From: Mobula hypostoma
Taxonomy: Eukaryota
Direction of reading: 5' to 3'
Length of the DNA: 64,000 nucleotides
NCBI RefSeq assembly: GCF_963921235.1
Contig: NC_086109.1
Location: 434,001 to 498,000, forward strand
Below, in pieces: positions 37,021 through 50,695 of the stretch. The position numbers were made by a program, and so were the translations under genes. The notes under the pieces are model-generated. The model saw only the letters and a list, made by a program, of their open reading frames with translations. It was not told where the DNA came from and did no database searches. Numbering within the stretch: the first letter of the stretch is position 1; every line of letters begins with the position of its first letter.

Positions 37021-40000
37021 AGTTTCAGGGGAGTTTCAGAGCAGGAGTTACAGGGCATGAGATTCAGGGCAGTAGTTTCAGGGCTTGAGATTCAGGGCTG
37101 GAGTTTCAAGGCATGATATTTAGGGGATGAGTTTCAGGGCAGGAGTTTCAGGGCAAGAGATTCAGGGCAGGAAATTCAGGGCATGAGATTCAGGGCATGA
37201 GTTTCAGGACAGGAGGTTCAAGGCATGAGATTCAGGGCCTCAGTTTCAGGGCAGGAGTTTCGGGGCATGAGATTTAGGGCATGAGTTTCAGGGCAGGAGT
37301 TTCTGGGCAGGAGATTCAGGGCATGAGATTCAGGGCATGAGTTTCAGGGCAGGAGTTTCAGGGCATGAGATTCAGGCCATGAGATTCAGGGTTTGAGATT
37401 CCGGGTATGAGTTTCAGAGCAGGAGTTTCAGGGCATGAGATTCAGGGCAGGAGTTTCAGGGCATGAGATTCAGGGCATGAGTTTCAGGGCAGGAGAATCA
37501 GTACAGGAGTTTCAGGGCATGAGATTCAGGGCATGAGTTTCAGAACAGGAGTTTCAAGGTATGAGATTCAGGGCATGATTTTCAGGGCAGATCTTTCAGA
37601 GCAGGAGTTTCAAGGCATGAGATTCTGGGCAGTAGATTCAGGGCATGAGATTCAGGGCATGAGTTTCAGGTCAGGAGTTTCAGGGCATGAGATTCAGAAC
37701 AGGAGATTCAGGACAGGAGTTTCATGGAATGAGATTCAGGGCAGGAGTTTCAGTGCAGGAGTTTCAGGGCATGAGATTCAGAGCATGAGATTCAGGACAG
37801 GAGTTTCAGGGCATGAGATTCAGGGCTGTGGTTTCAGGGCAGGAGATTCAGGGCAGGAGTTTCAGGACAGGAGTTTCAGAGTATAAGATTCAGGGCATGA
37901 AATTCAGGGCTTGAGATTCAGGGCAGGAGTTTCAGGTCAGGAGTTTCAGGGCATGAGATTCAGGGCAGGAGTTTCAGGGCTTGAGATTCAGGGCATGAGA
38001 TTCAGGGCTGTCGTTTCAGGGCAGGAGATTCAGGGCAGGAGTTTCAGGGCATGAGATTTAGGGCATGAGTTTCAGAGCAGGAGTTTCAGGGCATGAGATT
38101 CAGGGCAGTAGTTTCAGGGCTTGAGATTCAGGGCTGGAGTTTCAGGGCATGAGATTTAGGGTACGAGTTTCAGGGCAGGAGTTTCAGGGCAAGAGATTCA
38201 GGGCATGAGATTCAGGGCATGAGTTTCAGGACAGGAGTTTCAAGGCATGAGATTCAGGGCATGAATTTCAGGGCATGAGATTCAGGGCATGAGATTCAGG
38301 GCAGGAGTTTCAGGGCATGAGATTCAGGGCTGTTGTTTCAGGGCAGGAGATTCAGGGCAGGAGTTTCAGGGCAGAAGTTTCAATGCATGAGATTCAGGGC
38401 ATGAGTTTCAGACCAGGAGTTTCAGGGCATGAGATTCAGGGCATGATTTTCAGGGCAGGAGATTCAGGGCAGGAGTTTCAGGGCATGAGATTCAGGGCAG
38501 GAGTTTCAGGGCATGAGATTCAGGGCAGGAGTTTCAGGGCAGGAGTTTCAGGGCATGAGATTCAGGGCATGAGTTTCAGGGCAGGAGTTTCAGGGCATGA
38601 GATTCAGGGCATGAGTTTCAGGGCAGGAGTTTCAGGGCAGGAGTTTCAGGGCATGAGATTCAGGGCAGTAGATTCAGGGCATGAGATTCAGGGCATGAGT
38701 TTCAGGTCAGGAGTTTCAGGGCATGAGATTCAGAAAATGAGATTCAAGACAGGAGTTTCAGGGAATGAGATTCAGGGCAGGAGTTTCAGTGCAGGAGTTT
38801 CAGGGCATGAGACTCAGGGCATGAGTTTCAGAACAGGAGTTTCAAGGGAATGATATTCAGTGCATGATTTTCAGGGCAGGTCTTTCAGAGCAGGAGTTTC
38901 AGGGCATGAGATTCAGGGCAGGAGTTTCAGGGCATGAGATTCAGGGCAGGAGAATCAGTACAGGAGTTTCAGGGCATGAGATTCAGGGCATGAGTTTCAG
39001 AACAGGAGTTTCAAGGTATGAGATTCAGGGCATGATTTTCAGGGCAGATCTTTCAGAGCAGGAGTTTCAAGGCATGAGATTCAGGGCAGTAGATTCAGGG
39101 CATGAGATTCAGGGCATGAGTTTCAGGTCAGGAGTTTCAGGGCATGAGATTCAGAGCAGGAGATTCAGGACAGGAGTTTCAGGGAATGAGATTCAGGGCA
39201 GGAGTTTCAGTGCAGGAGTTTCAGGGCATGAGACTCAGAGCATGAGGTTCAGTACAGGAGTTTCAGGGCATGAGATTCAGGGCTGTGGTTTCAGGGCAGG
39301 AGATTCAGGGCAGGAGTTTCAGGACAGGAGTTTCAGAGTATACAGATTCAGGGCATGAAATTCAGGGCTTGAGATTCAGGGCAGGAGTTTCAGGTCAGGA
39401 GTTTCAGGGCATGAGATTCAGGGCATGAGATTCAGGGCAGGAGTTTCAGGGCATGAGATTCAGGGCAGGAGTTTCAGGGCATGAGATTCAGGGCATGAGA
39501 TTCAGGGCAGGAGATTCAGGACAGGAGTTTCAGGGCATGAGATTCAGGGCTGTGGTTTCAGGGCAGGAGATTCAGGGCAGGAGATTCAGGGCATGACATT
39601 CAGGGCATGAGTTTCAGAGCTGGAGTTTCAGGGCATGAGATTCAGGGCAGGAGTTTCAGGGCAGGAGATTCAGGGCAGGAGTTACAGGGCATGAGATTCA
39701 GGGCATGAGTTTCAGGGCATGAGATTCAGGGCTGTATTTTCAGTGCTTGAGATTCAGGGCAGGAGATTCAGGGCATGAGATTCAGGGCATGAGTTTCAGG
39801 ACAGGAGTTTCAAGGCATGAGATTCAGGGCATGAGTTTCAGGGCATGAGATTCAGGGCATGAGATTCAGGGCATGAGATTCAGGGCAGGAGTTTCAGGGC
39901 ATGAGATTCAGGGCTGTGGTTTCAGGGCAGGAGATTCAGGGCAGGAGCTTCAGGGCAGGAGTTTCAGGGCATGAGTTTCAGGGCATGAAATTCAGGGCTT

Positions 40001-42594
40001 GAGATTCAGGGCAGGAGTTTCAGGTCAGGAGTTTCAGGGCATGAGATTCAGGGCAGGAGTTTCAGGGCTTGAGATTCAGGGCATGAGATTCAGGGCTGTC
40101 GTTTCAGGGCAGGAGATTTAGGGCATGAGTTTCAGAGCAGGAGTTTCAGGGCATGAGATTCAGGGCAGTAGTTTAAGGGCTTGAGATTCAGGGCTGGAGT
40201 TTCAGGGCATGAGATTTAGGGTACGAGTTTCAGGGCAGGAGTTTCAGGGCAAGAGATTCAGGGCATGAGATTCAGGGCATGAGTTTCAGGACAGGAGTTT
40301 CAAGATATGAGATTCAGGGCATGAATTTCAGGGCATGAGATTCAGGGCATGAGATTCAGGGCAGGAGTTTCAGGGCATGAGATTCAGGGCTGTGGTTTCA
40401 GGGCAGGAGATTTAGGGCAGGAGTTTCAGGGCATGAGATTCAGGGCATGAGATTCAGGGCAGGCGTTTCAGGGCATGAGAGTCAGGGCAGTAGTTTCAGG
40501 GCTTGAAATTCAGGGCAGGAGTTTCAGGGCATCATATTCAGGGCAGGAGTTTCAGTGCAGGAGTTTCAGGGCATGAGATTCAGAGCATCAGATTCAGGAC
40601 AGGAGTTTCAGGGCATGAGATTCAGGGCTGTGGTTTCAGGGCAGGAGTTTCAGGGCATGTGATTCAGGGCATGAGTTTCAGAGAAGGAGTTTCAGGGCAT
40701 GAGATTCAGGGATGGAGTTTCAGGGCATGAGATTTAGGGCATGAGATTCAGGGCAGGAGTTTCAGTGCAGGAGTTTCAGGGCATGAGATTCAGAGCATGA
40801 GATTCAGGACAGGAGTTTCAGGGCATGAGATTCACGGCTGTGGTTTCAGGGCAGGAGATTCTGGCAGGAGTATCAGGGCATGAGATTCAGGGCATGAGTT
40901 TCAGAGCAGGAGTTACAGGGCATGAGATTCAGGGCAGTAGTTACAGGGCTTGAGATTCAGGGCTGGAGTTTCAAGGCATGAGATTTAGGGGATGAGTTTC
41001 ATGGCAGGAGTTTCAGGGCAAGAGATTCAGGGCAGGAAATTCAGGGCATGAGATTCAGGGCATGAGTTTCAGGACAGGAGTTTCAAGGCATGAGATTCAG
41101 GGCCGTTTCAGGGCAGGAGATTCAGGGCAGGAATTTCGGGGCATGAGATTCAGGGCATGAGTTTCAGGGCAGGAGTTTCTGGGCAGGAGATTCAGGGCAT
41201 GAGATTCAGGGCCTGAGGAACAGGGCAGGAGTTTCTGGCCATGAGATTCAGGCCATGAGATTCAGGGTTTGAGATTCCGGGTATGAGTTTCAGAGCAGGA
41301 GTTTCAGGGCATGAGATTCAGTGCAGGAGTTTCAGGGCATGAGATTCAGGGCATGAGTTTCAGGGCAGGAGAATCAGTACAGGAGTTTCAGGGCATGAGA
41401 TTCAGGGCATGAGTTTCAGAACAGGAGTTTCAAGGTATGAGACTCAGGGCATGATTTTCAGGGCAGATCTTTCAGAGCAGGAGTTTCAAGGCATGAGATT
41501 CAGGGCAGTAGATTCAGGGCATGAGATTCAGGGCATGAGTTTCAGGTCAGGAGTTTCAGGGCATGAGATTCAGAAAATGAGATTCAGGACAGGAGTTTCA
41601 GGGAATGAGATTCAGGGCAGGAGTTTCAGTGCAGGAGTTTCAGGGCATGAGACTCAGAGCATGAGGTTCAGGACAGGAGTTTCAGGGCATGAGATTCAGG
41701 GCTGTGGTTTCAGGGCAGGAGATTCAGGGCAGGAGATTCAGGACAGGAGTTTCAGAGTATAAGATTCAGGGCATGAAATTCAGGGCTTGAGATTCAGGGC
41801 AGGAGTTTCAGGTGTGGAGTTTCAGGGCATGAGATTCAGGGCAGGAGTTTCAGGGCTTGAGATTCAGGGCATGAGATTCAGGGCTGTCGTTTCAGGGCAG
41901 GAGATTCAGGGCAGGAGTTTCAGGGCATGAGATTTAGGGCATGAGTTTCAGAGCAGGAGTTTCAGGGCATGAGATTCAGGGCAGTAGTTTCAGGGCTTGA
42001 GATTCAGGGCTGGAGTTTCAGGGCATGAGATTTAGGGTACGAGTTTCAGGGCAGGAGTTTCAGGGCAAGAGATTCAGGGCATGAGATTCAGGGCATGAGT
42101 TTCAGGACAGGAGTTTCAAGGCATGAGATTCAGGGCATGAATTTCAGGGCATGAGATTCAGGGCATGAGATTCAGGGCAGGAGTTTCAGGGCATGAGATT
42201 CAGGGCTGTGGTTTCAGGGCAGGAGATTCAGGGCAGGAGCTTCAGGACAGGAGTTTCAGGGTATAAGATTCAGGGCATGAAATTCAGGGCATGAGATTCA
42301 GGGCATGAGTTTCAGAGCTGGAGTTTCAGGGCATGAGATTCAGGGCAGTAGTTTCAGGGCTTGAGATTCAGGGCAGGAGTTTCAGGGCATGAGATTCAGG
42401 GCATGAGTTTCAGGGCATGAGATTCAGGGCAGGAGATTGAGGACATGAGATTCAGGGCAGGAGTTTCAGGGCTTGAGATTCAGGGCTGGAGTTTCAGGAC
42501 ATGAGATTCAGGGCAGGAGTTTCACAGCAGGAGTTTCAGGGCATGAGATTCAGGGCAGGAGTTTCAGGGCAGGAGTTTCAGGGCAGGAGATTCA

Positions 42595-43425
42595 GGGAAG
42601 GAGATTCAGTGCAGGAGTTTCCGGGCAGGAGTTTCACGGCAGTAGCTTCAGGGCAGGAGATTCAGGGCAGGAGATTCAGGGCAGAAGATTCCGAGCTGGA
42701 GTTTCAGTGCAGGAGTTTCAGGACTGGAGTTTCAGAGAAGGAGTTTCAAATCGGAGATTCAGTGTTGAAGTTTCTGTTCAGGTGTTTGAAGTCATGAGTT
42801 TCAGGGCAGGAGATTCAGGGCAGCGGTTTCAGGGCAGGAGATTAAGGGCAAGAGATTCAATGGAGGATTTTCAGGGCAGAAGTTTCAGGGCAGCAGTTTT
42901 ACGGCTTGAGTTTCAGGGCAGGAGTTTCAGGGCATGAGATTCAGGGCATGAGATTCAGTGCAGGAGATTCAGGGCAGGAGATTCAGGTCACGAGATTCAA
43001 GGCAGTAGTTTCAGGACTATAGTTTCAGGGCAGGAGTTTCAGACCATGAGTTTCAGAGCAGGAGTTTCACGTCAGGAGATTCAGGACATATGTGTCAGGT
43101 CAGTAGTTTGAAGGCATGAGTTTTAGGGCAGAAGATTCAGGGCAGGAGATTCAGGGAAGGAGATTCAGGGCAGTAGTTTCCGGGCAGGAGTTTCACGGCA
43201 GTAGCTTCAGGGCAGGAGATTCAGGGCAGGAGATACAGGGCAGGAGTTTCCGGGCAGGAGTTTCCCGGTAACCGTTTCCGGGCAGCATTTTCAGGGCATG
43301 AGATTCAAGGCAGGAGTTTGAGGGCATGAGTTTCAGGGCATGAGTTTCAGTGCAGGAGTTTCAGGACAGGAGTTACAGGACAGGAGTTTCAGATCATGAG
43401 ATTCATGGCAGGAGATAAGGGCCGT
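42595..43425. repeat. Block A copy 4
   Basis: Same markers; private variant GGACATATGTGTC at ~43084. Confidence 0.93.
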
Positions 43426-45890
43426 AGTTTCAGGGCAGGAGTTTCAGTGCAGGAGTTTCAGGGCATGAGATTCAGAGCATGAGATTCAGGACAGGAGTTT
43501 CAGGGCATGAGATTCACGGCTGTGGTTTCAGGGCAGGAGATTCTGGCAGGAGTATCAGGGCATGAGATTCAGGGCATGAGTTTCAGGACAGGAGTTTCAA
43601 GATATGAGATTCAAGGCATGAATTTCAGGGCATGAGATTCAGGGCATGAGATTCAGGGCAGGAGTTTCAGGGCATGAGATTCAGGGCTGTGGTTTCAGGG
43701 CAGGAGATTTAGGGCAGGAGTTTCAGGGCATGAGATTCAGGGCATGAGATTCAGGGCAGGCGTTTCAGGGCATGAGAGTCAGGGCAGTAGTTTCAGGGCT
43801 TGAAATTCAGGGCAGGAGTTTCAGGGCATCATATTCAGGGCAGGAGTTTCAGTGCAGGAGTTTCAGGGCATGAGATTCAGAGCATCAGATTCAGGACAGG
43901 AGTTTCAGGGCATGAGATTCAGGGCTGTGGTTTCAGGGCAGGAGTTTCAGGGCATGTGATTCAGGGCATGAGTTTCAGAGAAGGAGTTTCAGGGCATGAG
44001 ATTCAGGGATGGAGTTTCAGGGCATGAGATTTAGGGCATGAGATTCAGGGCAGGAGTTTCAGTGCAGGAGTTTCAGGGCATGAGATTCAGAGCATGAGAT
44101 TCAGGACAGGAGTTTCAGGGCATGAGATTCACGGCTGTGGTTTCAGGGCTGGAGATTCTGGCAGGAGTATCAGGGCATGAGATTCAGGGCATGAGTTTCA
44201 GAGCAGGAGTTACAGGGCATGAGATTCAGGGCAGTAGTTACAGGGCTTGAGATTCAGGGCTGGAGTTTCAAGGCATGAGATTTAGGGGATGAGTTTCATG
44301 GCAGGAGTTTCAGGGCAAGAGATTCAGGGCAGGAAATTCAGGGCATGAGATTCAGGGCATGAGTTTCAGGACAGGAGTTTCAAGGCATGAGATTCAGGGC
44401 CGTTTCAGGGCAGGAGATTCAGGGCAGGAATTTCGGGGCATGAGATTCAGGGAATGAGTTTCAGGGCAGGAGTTTCTGGGCAGGAGATTCAGGGCATGAG
44501 ATTCAGGGCCTGAGGAACAGGGCAGGAGTTTCTGGCCATGAGATTCAGGCCATGAGATTCAGGGTTTGAGATTCCGGGTATGAGTTTCAGAGCAGGAGTT
44601 TCAGGGCATGAGATTCAGGGCAGGAGTTTCAGGGCATGAGATTCAGGGCATGAGTTTCAGGGCAGGAGAATCAGTACAGGAGTTTCAGGGCATGAGATTC
44701 AGGGCATGAGTTTCAGAACAGGAGTTTCAAGGTATGAGATTCAGGGCATGATTTTCAGGGCAGATCTTTCAGAGCAGGAGTTTCAAGGCATGAGATTCAG
44801 GGCAGTAGATTCAGGGCATGAGATTCAGGGCATGAGTTTCAGGTCAGGAGTTTCAGGGCATGAGATTCAGAACATGAGATTCAGGACAGGAGTTTCAGGG
44901 AATGAGATTCAGGGCAGGAGTTTCAGTGCAGGAGTTTCAGGGCATGAGACTCAGAGCATGAGGTTCAGGACAGGAGTTTCAGGGCATGAGATTCAGGGCT
45001 GTGGTTTCAGGGCAGGAGATTCAGGGCAGGAGTTTCAGGACAGGAGTTTCAGAGTATAAGATTCAGGGCATGAAATTCAGGGCTTGAGATTCAGGGCAGG
45101 AGTTTCAGGTGTGGAGTTTCAGGGCATGAGATTCAGGGCAGGAGTTTCAGGGCTTGAGATTCAGGGCATGAGATTCAGGGCTGTCGTTTCAGGGCAGGAG
45201 ATTCAGGGCAGGAGTTTCAGGGCATGAGATTTAGGGCATGAGTTTCAGAGCAGGAGTTTCAGGCATGAGATTCAGGGCAGTAGTTTCAGGGCTTGAGATT
45301 CAGGGCTGGAGTTTCAGGGCATGAGATTTAGGGTACGAGTTTCAGGGCAGGAGTTTCAGGGCAAGAGATTCAGGGCATGAGATTCAGGGCATGAGTTTCA
45401 GGACAGGAGTTTCAAGGCATGAGATTCAGGGCATGAATTTCAGGGCATGAGATTCAGGGCATGAGATTCAGGGCAGGAGTTTCAGGGCATGAGATTCAGG
45501 GCTGTGGTTTCAGGGCAGGAGATTCAGGGCAGGAGCTTCAGGACAGGAGTTTCAGGGTATAAGATTCAGGGCATGAAATTCAGGGCATGAGATTCAGGGC
45601 ATGAGTTTCAGAGCTGGAGTTTCAGGGCATGAGATTCAGGGCAGTAGTTTCAGGGCTTGAGATTCAGGGCAGGAGTTTCAGGGCATGAGATTCAGGGCAT
45701 GAGTTTCAGGGCATGAGATACAGGGCAGGAGATTGAGGACATGAGATTCAGGGCAGGAGTTTCAGGGCTTGAGATTCAGGGCAGGAGTTTCAGGACATGA
45801 GATTCAGGGCAGGAGTTTCACAGCAGGAGTTTCAGGGCATGAGATTCAGGGCAGGAGTTTCAGGGCAGAAGTTTCAGGGCAGGAGATTCA

Positions 45891-46721
45891 GGGAAGGAGA
45901 TTCAGTGCAGGAGTTTCCGGGCAGGAGTTTCACGGCAGTAGCTTCAGGGCAGGAGATTCAGGGCAGGAGATTCAGGGCAGAAGATTCCGAGCTGGAGTTT
46001 CAGTGCAGGAGTTTCAGGACTGGAGTTTCAGAGAAGGAGTTTCAAATCGGAGATTCAGTGTTGAAGTTTCTGTTCAGGTGTTTGAAGTCATGAGTTTCAG
46101 GGCAGGAGATTCAGGGCAGCGGTTTCAGGGCAGGAGATTAAGGGCAAGAGATTCAATGGAGGATTTTCAGGGCAGAAGTTTCAGGGCAGCAGTTTTACGG
46201 CTTGAGTTTCAGGGCAGGAGTTTCAGGGCATGAGATTCAGGGCATGAGATTCAGTGCAGGAGATTCAGGGCAGGAGATTCAGGTCACGAGATTCAAGGCA
46301 GTAGTTTCAGGACTATAGTTTCAGGGCAGGAGTTTCAGACCATGAGTTTCAGAGCAGGAGTTTCACGTCAGGAGATTCAGGACAGATGTGTCAGGTCAGT
46401 AGTTTGAAGGCATGAGTTTTAGGGCAGAAGATTCAGGGCAGGAGATTCAGGGAAGGAGATTCAGGGCAGTAGTTTCCGGGCAGGAGTTTCACGGCAGTAG
46501 CTTCAGGGCAGGAGATTCAGGGCAGGAGATTCAGGGCAGGAGTTTCCGGGCAGGAGTTTCCCGGTAACCGTTTCCGGGCAGCAGTTTCAGGGCATGAGAT
46601 TCAAGGCAGGAGTTTGAGGGCATGAGTTTCAGGGCATGAGTTTCAGTGCAGGAGTTTCAGAACAGGAGCTACAGGACAGGAGTTTCAGATCATGAGATTC
46701 ATGGCAGGAGATAAGGGCCGT
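45891..46721. repeat. Block A copy 5
   Basis: Same markers (TCAAATCGG ~46042, GGTAACC ~46563). Confidence 0.93.
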
Positions 46722-47648
46722 AGTTTCAGGGCAGGAGTTTCAGTGCAGGAGTTTCAGGGCATGAGATTCAGAGCATGAGATTCAGGACAGAAGTTTCAGG
46801 GCATGAGATTCACGGCTGTGGTTTCAGGGCAGGAGATTCTGGCAGGAGTATCAGGGCACGAGATTCAGGGCATGAGTTTCAGAGCAGGAGTTACAGGGCA
46901 TGAGATTCAGGGCAGTAGTTTCAGGGCTTGAGATTCAGGGCTGGAGTTTCAAGGCATGATATTTAGGGGATGAGTTTCAGGGCAGGAGTTTCAGGGCAAG
47001 AGATTCAGGGCAGGAAATTCAGGGCATGAGATTCAGGGCATGAGTTTCAGGACAGGAGTTTCAAGGCATGAGATTCAGGGCCGTTTCAGGGCAGGAATTT
47101 CGGGGCATGAGATTCAGGGCATGAGTTTCAGGGCAGGAGTTTCTGGGCAGGAGATTCAGGCCATGAGATTCAGGGTTTGAGATTCCGGGTATGAGTTTCA
47201 GAGCAGGAGTTTCAGGGCATGAGATTCAGGGCAGGAGTTTCAGGGCATGAGATTCAGGGCATGAGTTTCAGGGCAGGAGAATCAGTACAGGAGTTTCAGG
47301 GCATGAGATTCAGGGCATGAGTTTCAGAACAGGAGTTTCAAGGTATGAGATTCAGGGCATGATTTTCAGGGCAGATCTTTCAGAGCAGGAGTTTCAAGGC
47401 ATGAGTTTCAGGGCAGTAGATTCAGGGCATGAGATTCAGGGCATGAGATTCAGGGCATGAGTTTCAGGGCATGAGATTCAGGGCAGGAGATTGAGGACAT
47501 GAGATTCAGGGCAGGAGTTTCAGGGCTTGAGATTCAGGGCTGGAGTTTCAGGACATGAGATTCAGGGCAGGATTTTCACAGCAGGAGTTTCAGGGCATGA
47601 GATTCAGGGCAGGAGTTTCAGGGCAGGAGTTTCAGGGCAGGAGATTCA

Positions 47649-48479
47649 GGGAAGGAGATTCAGTGCAGGAGTTTCCGGGCAGGAGTTTCACGGCAGTAGC
47701 TTCAGGGCAGGAGATTCAGGGCAGGAGATTCAGGGCAGAAGATTCCGAGCTGGAGTTTCAGTGCAGGAGTTTCAGGACTGGAGTTTCAGAGAAGGAGTTT
47801 CAAATCGGAGATTCAGTGTTGAAGTTTCTGTTCAGGTGTTTGAAGTCATGAGTTTCAGGGCAGGAGATTCAGGGCAGCGGTTTCAGGGCAGGAGATTAAG
47901 GGCAAGAGATTCAATGGAGGATTTTCAGGGCAGAAGTTTCAGGGCAGCAGTTTTACGGCTTGAGTTTCAGGGCAGGAGTTTCAGGGCATGAGATTCAGGG
48001 CATGAGATTCAGTGCAGGAGATTCAGGGCAGGAGATTCAGGTCACGAGATTCAAGGCAGTAGTTTCAGGACTATAGTTTCAGGGCAGGAGTTTCAGACCA
48101 TGAGTTTCAGAGCAGGAGTTTCACGTCAGGAGATTCAGGACAGATGTGTCAGGTCAGTAGTTTGAAGGCATGAGTTTTAGGGCAGAAGATTCAGGGCAGG
48201 AGATTCAGGGAAGGAGATTCAGGGCAGTAGTTTCCGGGCAGGAGTTTCACGGCAGTAGCTTCAGGGCAGGAGATTCAGGGCAGGAGATTCAGGGCAGGAG
48301 TTTCCGGGCAGGAGTTTCCCGGTAACCGTTTCCGGGCAGCAGTTTCAGGGCATGAGATTCAAGGCAGGAGTTTGAGGGCATGAGTTTCAGGGCATGAGTT
48401 TCAGTGCAGGAGTTTCAGGACAGGAGTTACAGGACAGGAGTTTCAGATCATGAGATTCATGGCAGGAGATAAGGGCCGT
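47649..48479. repeat. Block A copy 6
   Basis: Same markers (TCAAATCGG ~47800, GGTAACC 48321). Confidence 0.93.
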
Positions 48480-49854
48480 AGTTTCAGGGCATGAGTTTCA
48501 GAGCAGGAGTTACAGGGCATGAGATTCAGGGCAGTAGTTTCAGGGCTTGAGATTCAGGGCTGGAGTTTCAAGGCATGATATTTAGGGGATGAGTTTCAGG
48601 GCAGGAGTTTCAGGGCAAGAGATTCAGGGCAGGAAATTCAGGGCATGAGATTCAGGGCATGAGTTTCAGGACAGGAGTTTCAAGGCATGAGATTCAGGGC
48701 CGTTTCAGGGCAGGAATTTCGGGGCATGAGAATCAGGGCATGAGTTTCAGGGCAGGAGTTTCTGGGCAGGAGATTCAGGGCATGAGATTCAGGGCCTGAG
48801 GAACAGGGCAGGAGTTTCTGGCCATGAGATTCAGGCCATGAGATTCAGGGTTTGAGATTCCGGGTATGAGTTTCAGAGCAGGAGTTTCAGGGCATGAGAT
48901 TCAGGGCAGGAGTTTCAGGGCATGAGATTCAGGGCATGAGTTTCAGGGCAGGAGAATCAGTACAGGAGTTTCAGGGCATGTGATTCAGGGCATGAGTTTC
49001 AGAACAGGAGTTTCAAGGTATGAGATTCAGGGCATGATTTTCAGGGCAGATCTTTCAGAGCAGGAGTTTCAAGGCATGAGATTCAGGGCAGTAGATTCAG
49101 GGCATGAGATTCAGGGCATGAGTTTCAGGTCAGGAGTTTCAGGGCATGAGATTCAGAACAGGAGATTCAGGACAGGAGTTTCAGGGAATGAGATTCAGGG
49201 CAGGAGTTTCAGTGCAGGAGTTTCAGGGCATGAGACTCAGAGCATGAGGTTCAGGACAGGAGTTTCAGGGCATGAGATTCAGGGCTGTGGTTTCAGGGCA
49301 GGAGATTCAGGGCAGGAGTTTCAGGACAGGAGTTTCAGAGTATAAGATTCAGGGCATGAAATTCAGGGCTTGAGATTCAGGGCAGGAGTTTCAGGTCAGG
49401 AGTTTCAGGGCATGAGATTCAGGGCAGGAGTTTCAGGGCTTGAGATTCAGGGCATGAGATTCAGGGCTGTCGTTTCAGGGCAGGAGATTCAGGGCAGGAG
49501 TTTCAGGGCATGAGATTTAGGGCATGAGTTTCAGAGCAGGAGTTTCAGAGTATAAGATTCAGGGCATGAAATTCAGGGCTTGAGATTCAGGGCTGGAGTT
49601 TCAGGGCATGAGATTTAGGGTACGAGTTTCAGGGCAGGAGTTTCAGGGCAAGAGATTCAGGGCATGAGATTCAGGGCATGAGTTTCAGGACAGGAGTTTC
49701 AAGGCATGAGATTCAGGGCATGAATTTCAGGGCATGAGATTCAGGGCATGAGATTCAGGGCAGGAGATTCAGGGCATGAGATTCAGTGCTGTGGTTTAGG
49801 GCAGGAGATTCAGGGCAGGAGCTTCAGGACAGGAGTTTCAGGGCATGAGATTCA

Positions 49855-50695
49855 GGGCATGAGTTTCAGAACAGGAGTTTCAAGGAATGATATTCAGTGC
49901 ATGATTTTCAGGGCAGGTCTTTCAGAGCAGGAGTTTCAAGACATGAGATTCAGGGCAGTAGTTTCAGGGCATGAGATTCAGGGCAGGAGAATCAGTACAG
50001 GAGTTTCAGGGCATGAGATTCAGGGCATGAGTTTCAGAACAGGAGTTTCAAGGTATGAGATTCAGGGCATGATTTTCAGGGCAGATCTTTCAGAGCAGGA
50101 GTTTCAAGGCATGAGATTCAGGGCAGTAGATTCAGGGCATGAGATTCAGGGCATGAGTTTCAGGTCAGGAGTTTCAGGGCATGAGATTCAGAAAATGAGA
50201 TTCAGGACAGGAGTTTCAGGGAATGAGATTCAGGGCAGGAGTTTCAGTGCAGGAGTTTCAGGGCATGAGACTCAGGGCATGAGTTTCAGAACAGGAGTTT
50301 CAAGGAATGATATTCAGTGCATGATTTTCAGGGCAGGTCTTTCAGAGCAGGAGTTTCAAGACATGAGATTCAGGGCAGTAGTTTCAGGGCATGAGATTCA
50401 GGGCAGGAGAATCAGTACAGGAGTTTCAGGGCATGAGATTCAGGGCATGAGTTTCAGAACAGGAGTTTCAAGGTATGAGATTCAGGGCATGATTTTCAGG
50501 GCAGATCTTTCAGAGCAGGAGTTTCAAGGCATGAGATTCAGGGCAGTAGATTCAGGGCATGAGATTCAGGGCATGAGTTTCAGGTCAGGAGTTTCAGGGC
50601 ATGAGATTCAGAAAATGAGATTCAGGACAGGAGTTTCAGGGAATGAGATTCAGGGCAGGAGTTTCAGTGCAGGAGTTTCAGGGCATGAGACTCAG
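49855..50695. repeat. Exact 420-bp (30-monomer) tandem duplication
   Basis: Sequence starting at 49861 and at 50281 reads identically for ~415 bp. Confidence 0.93.
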
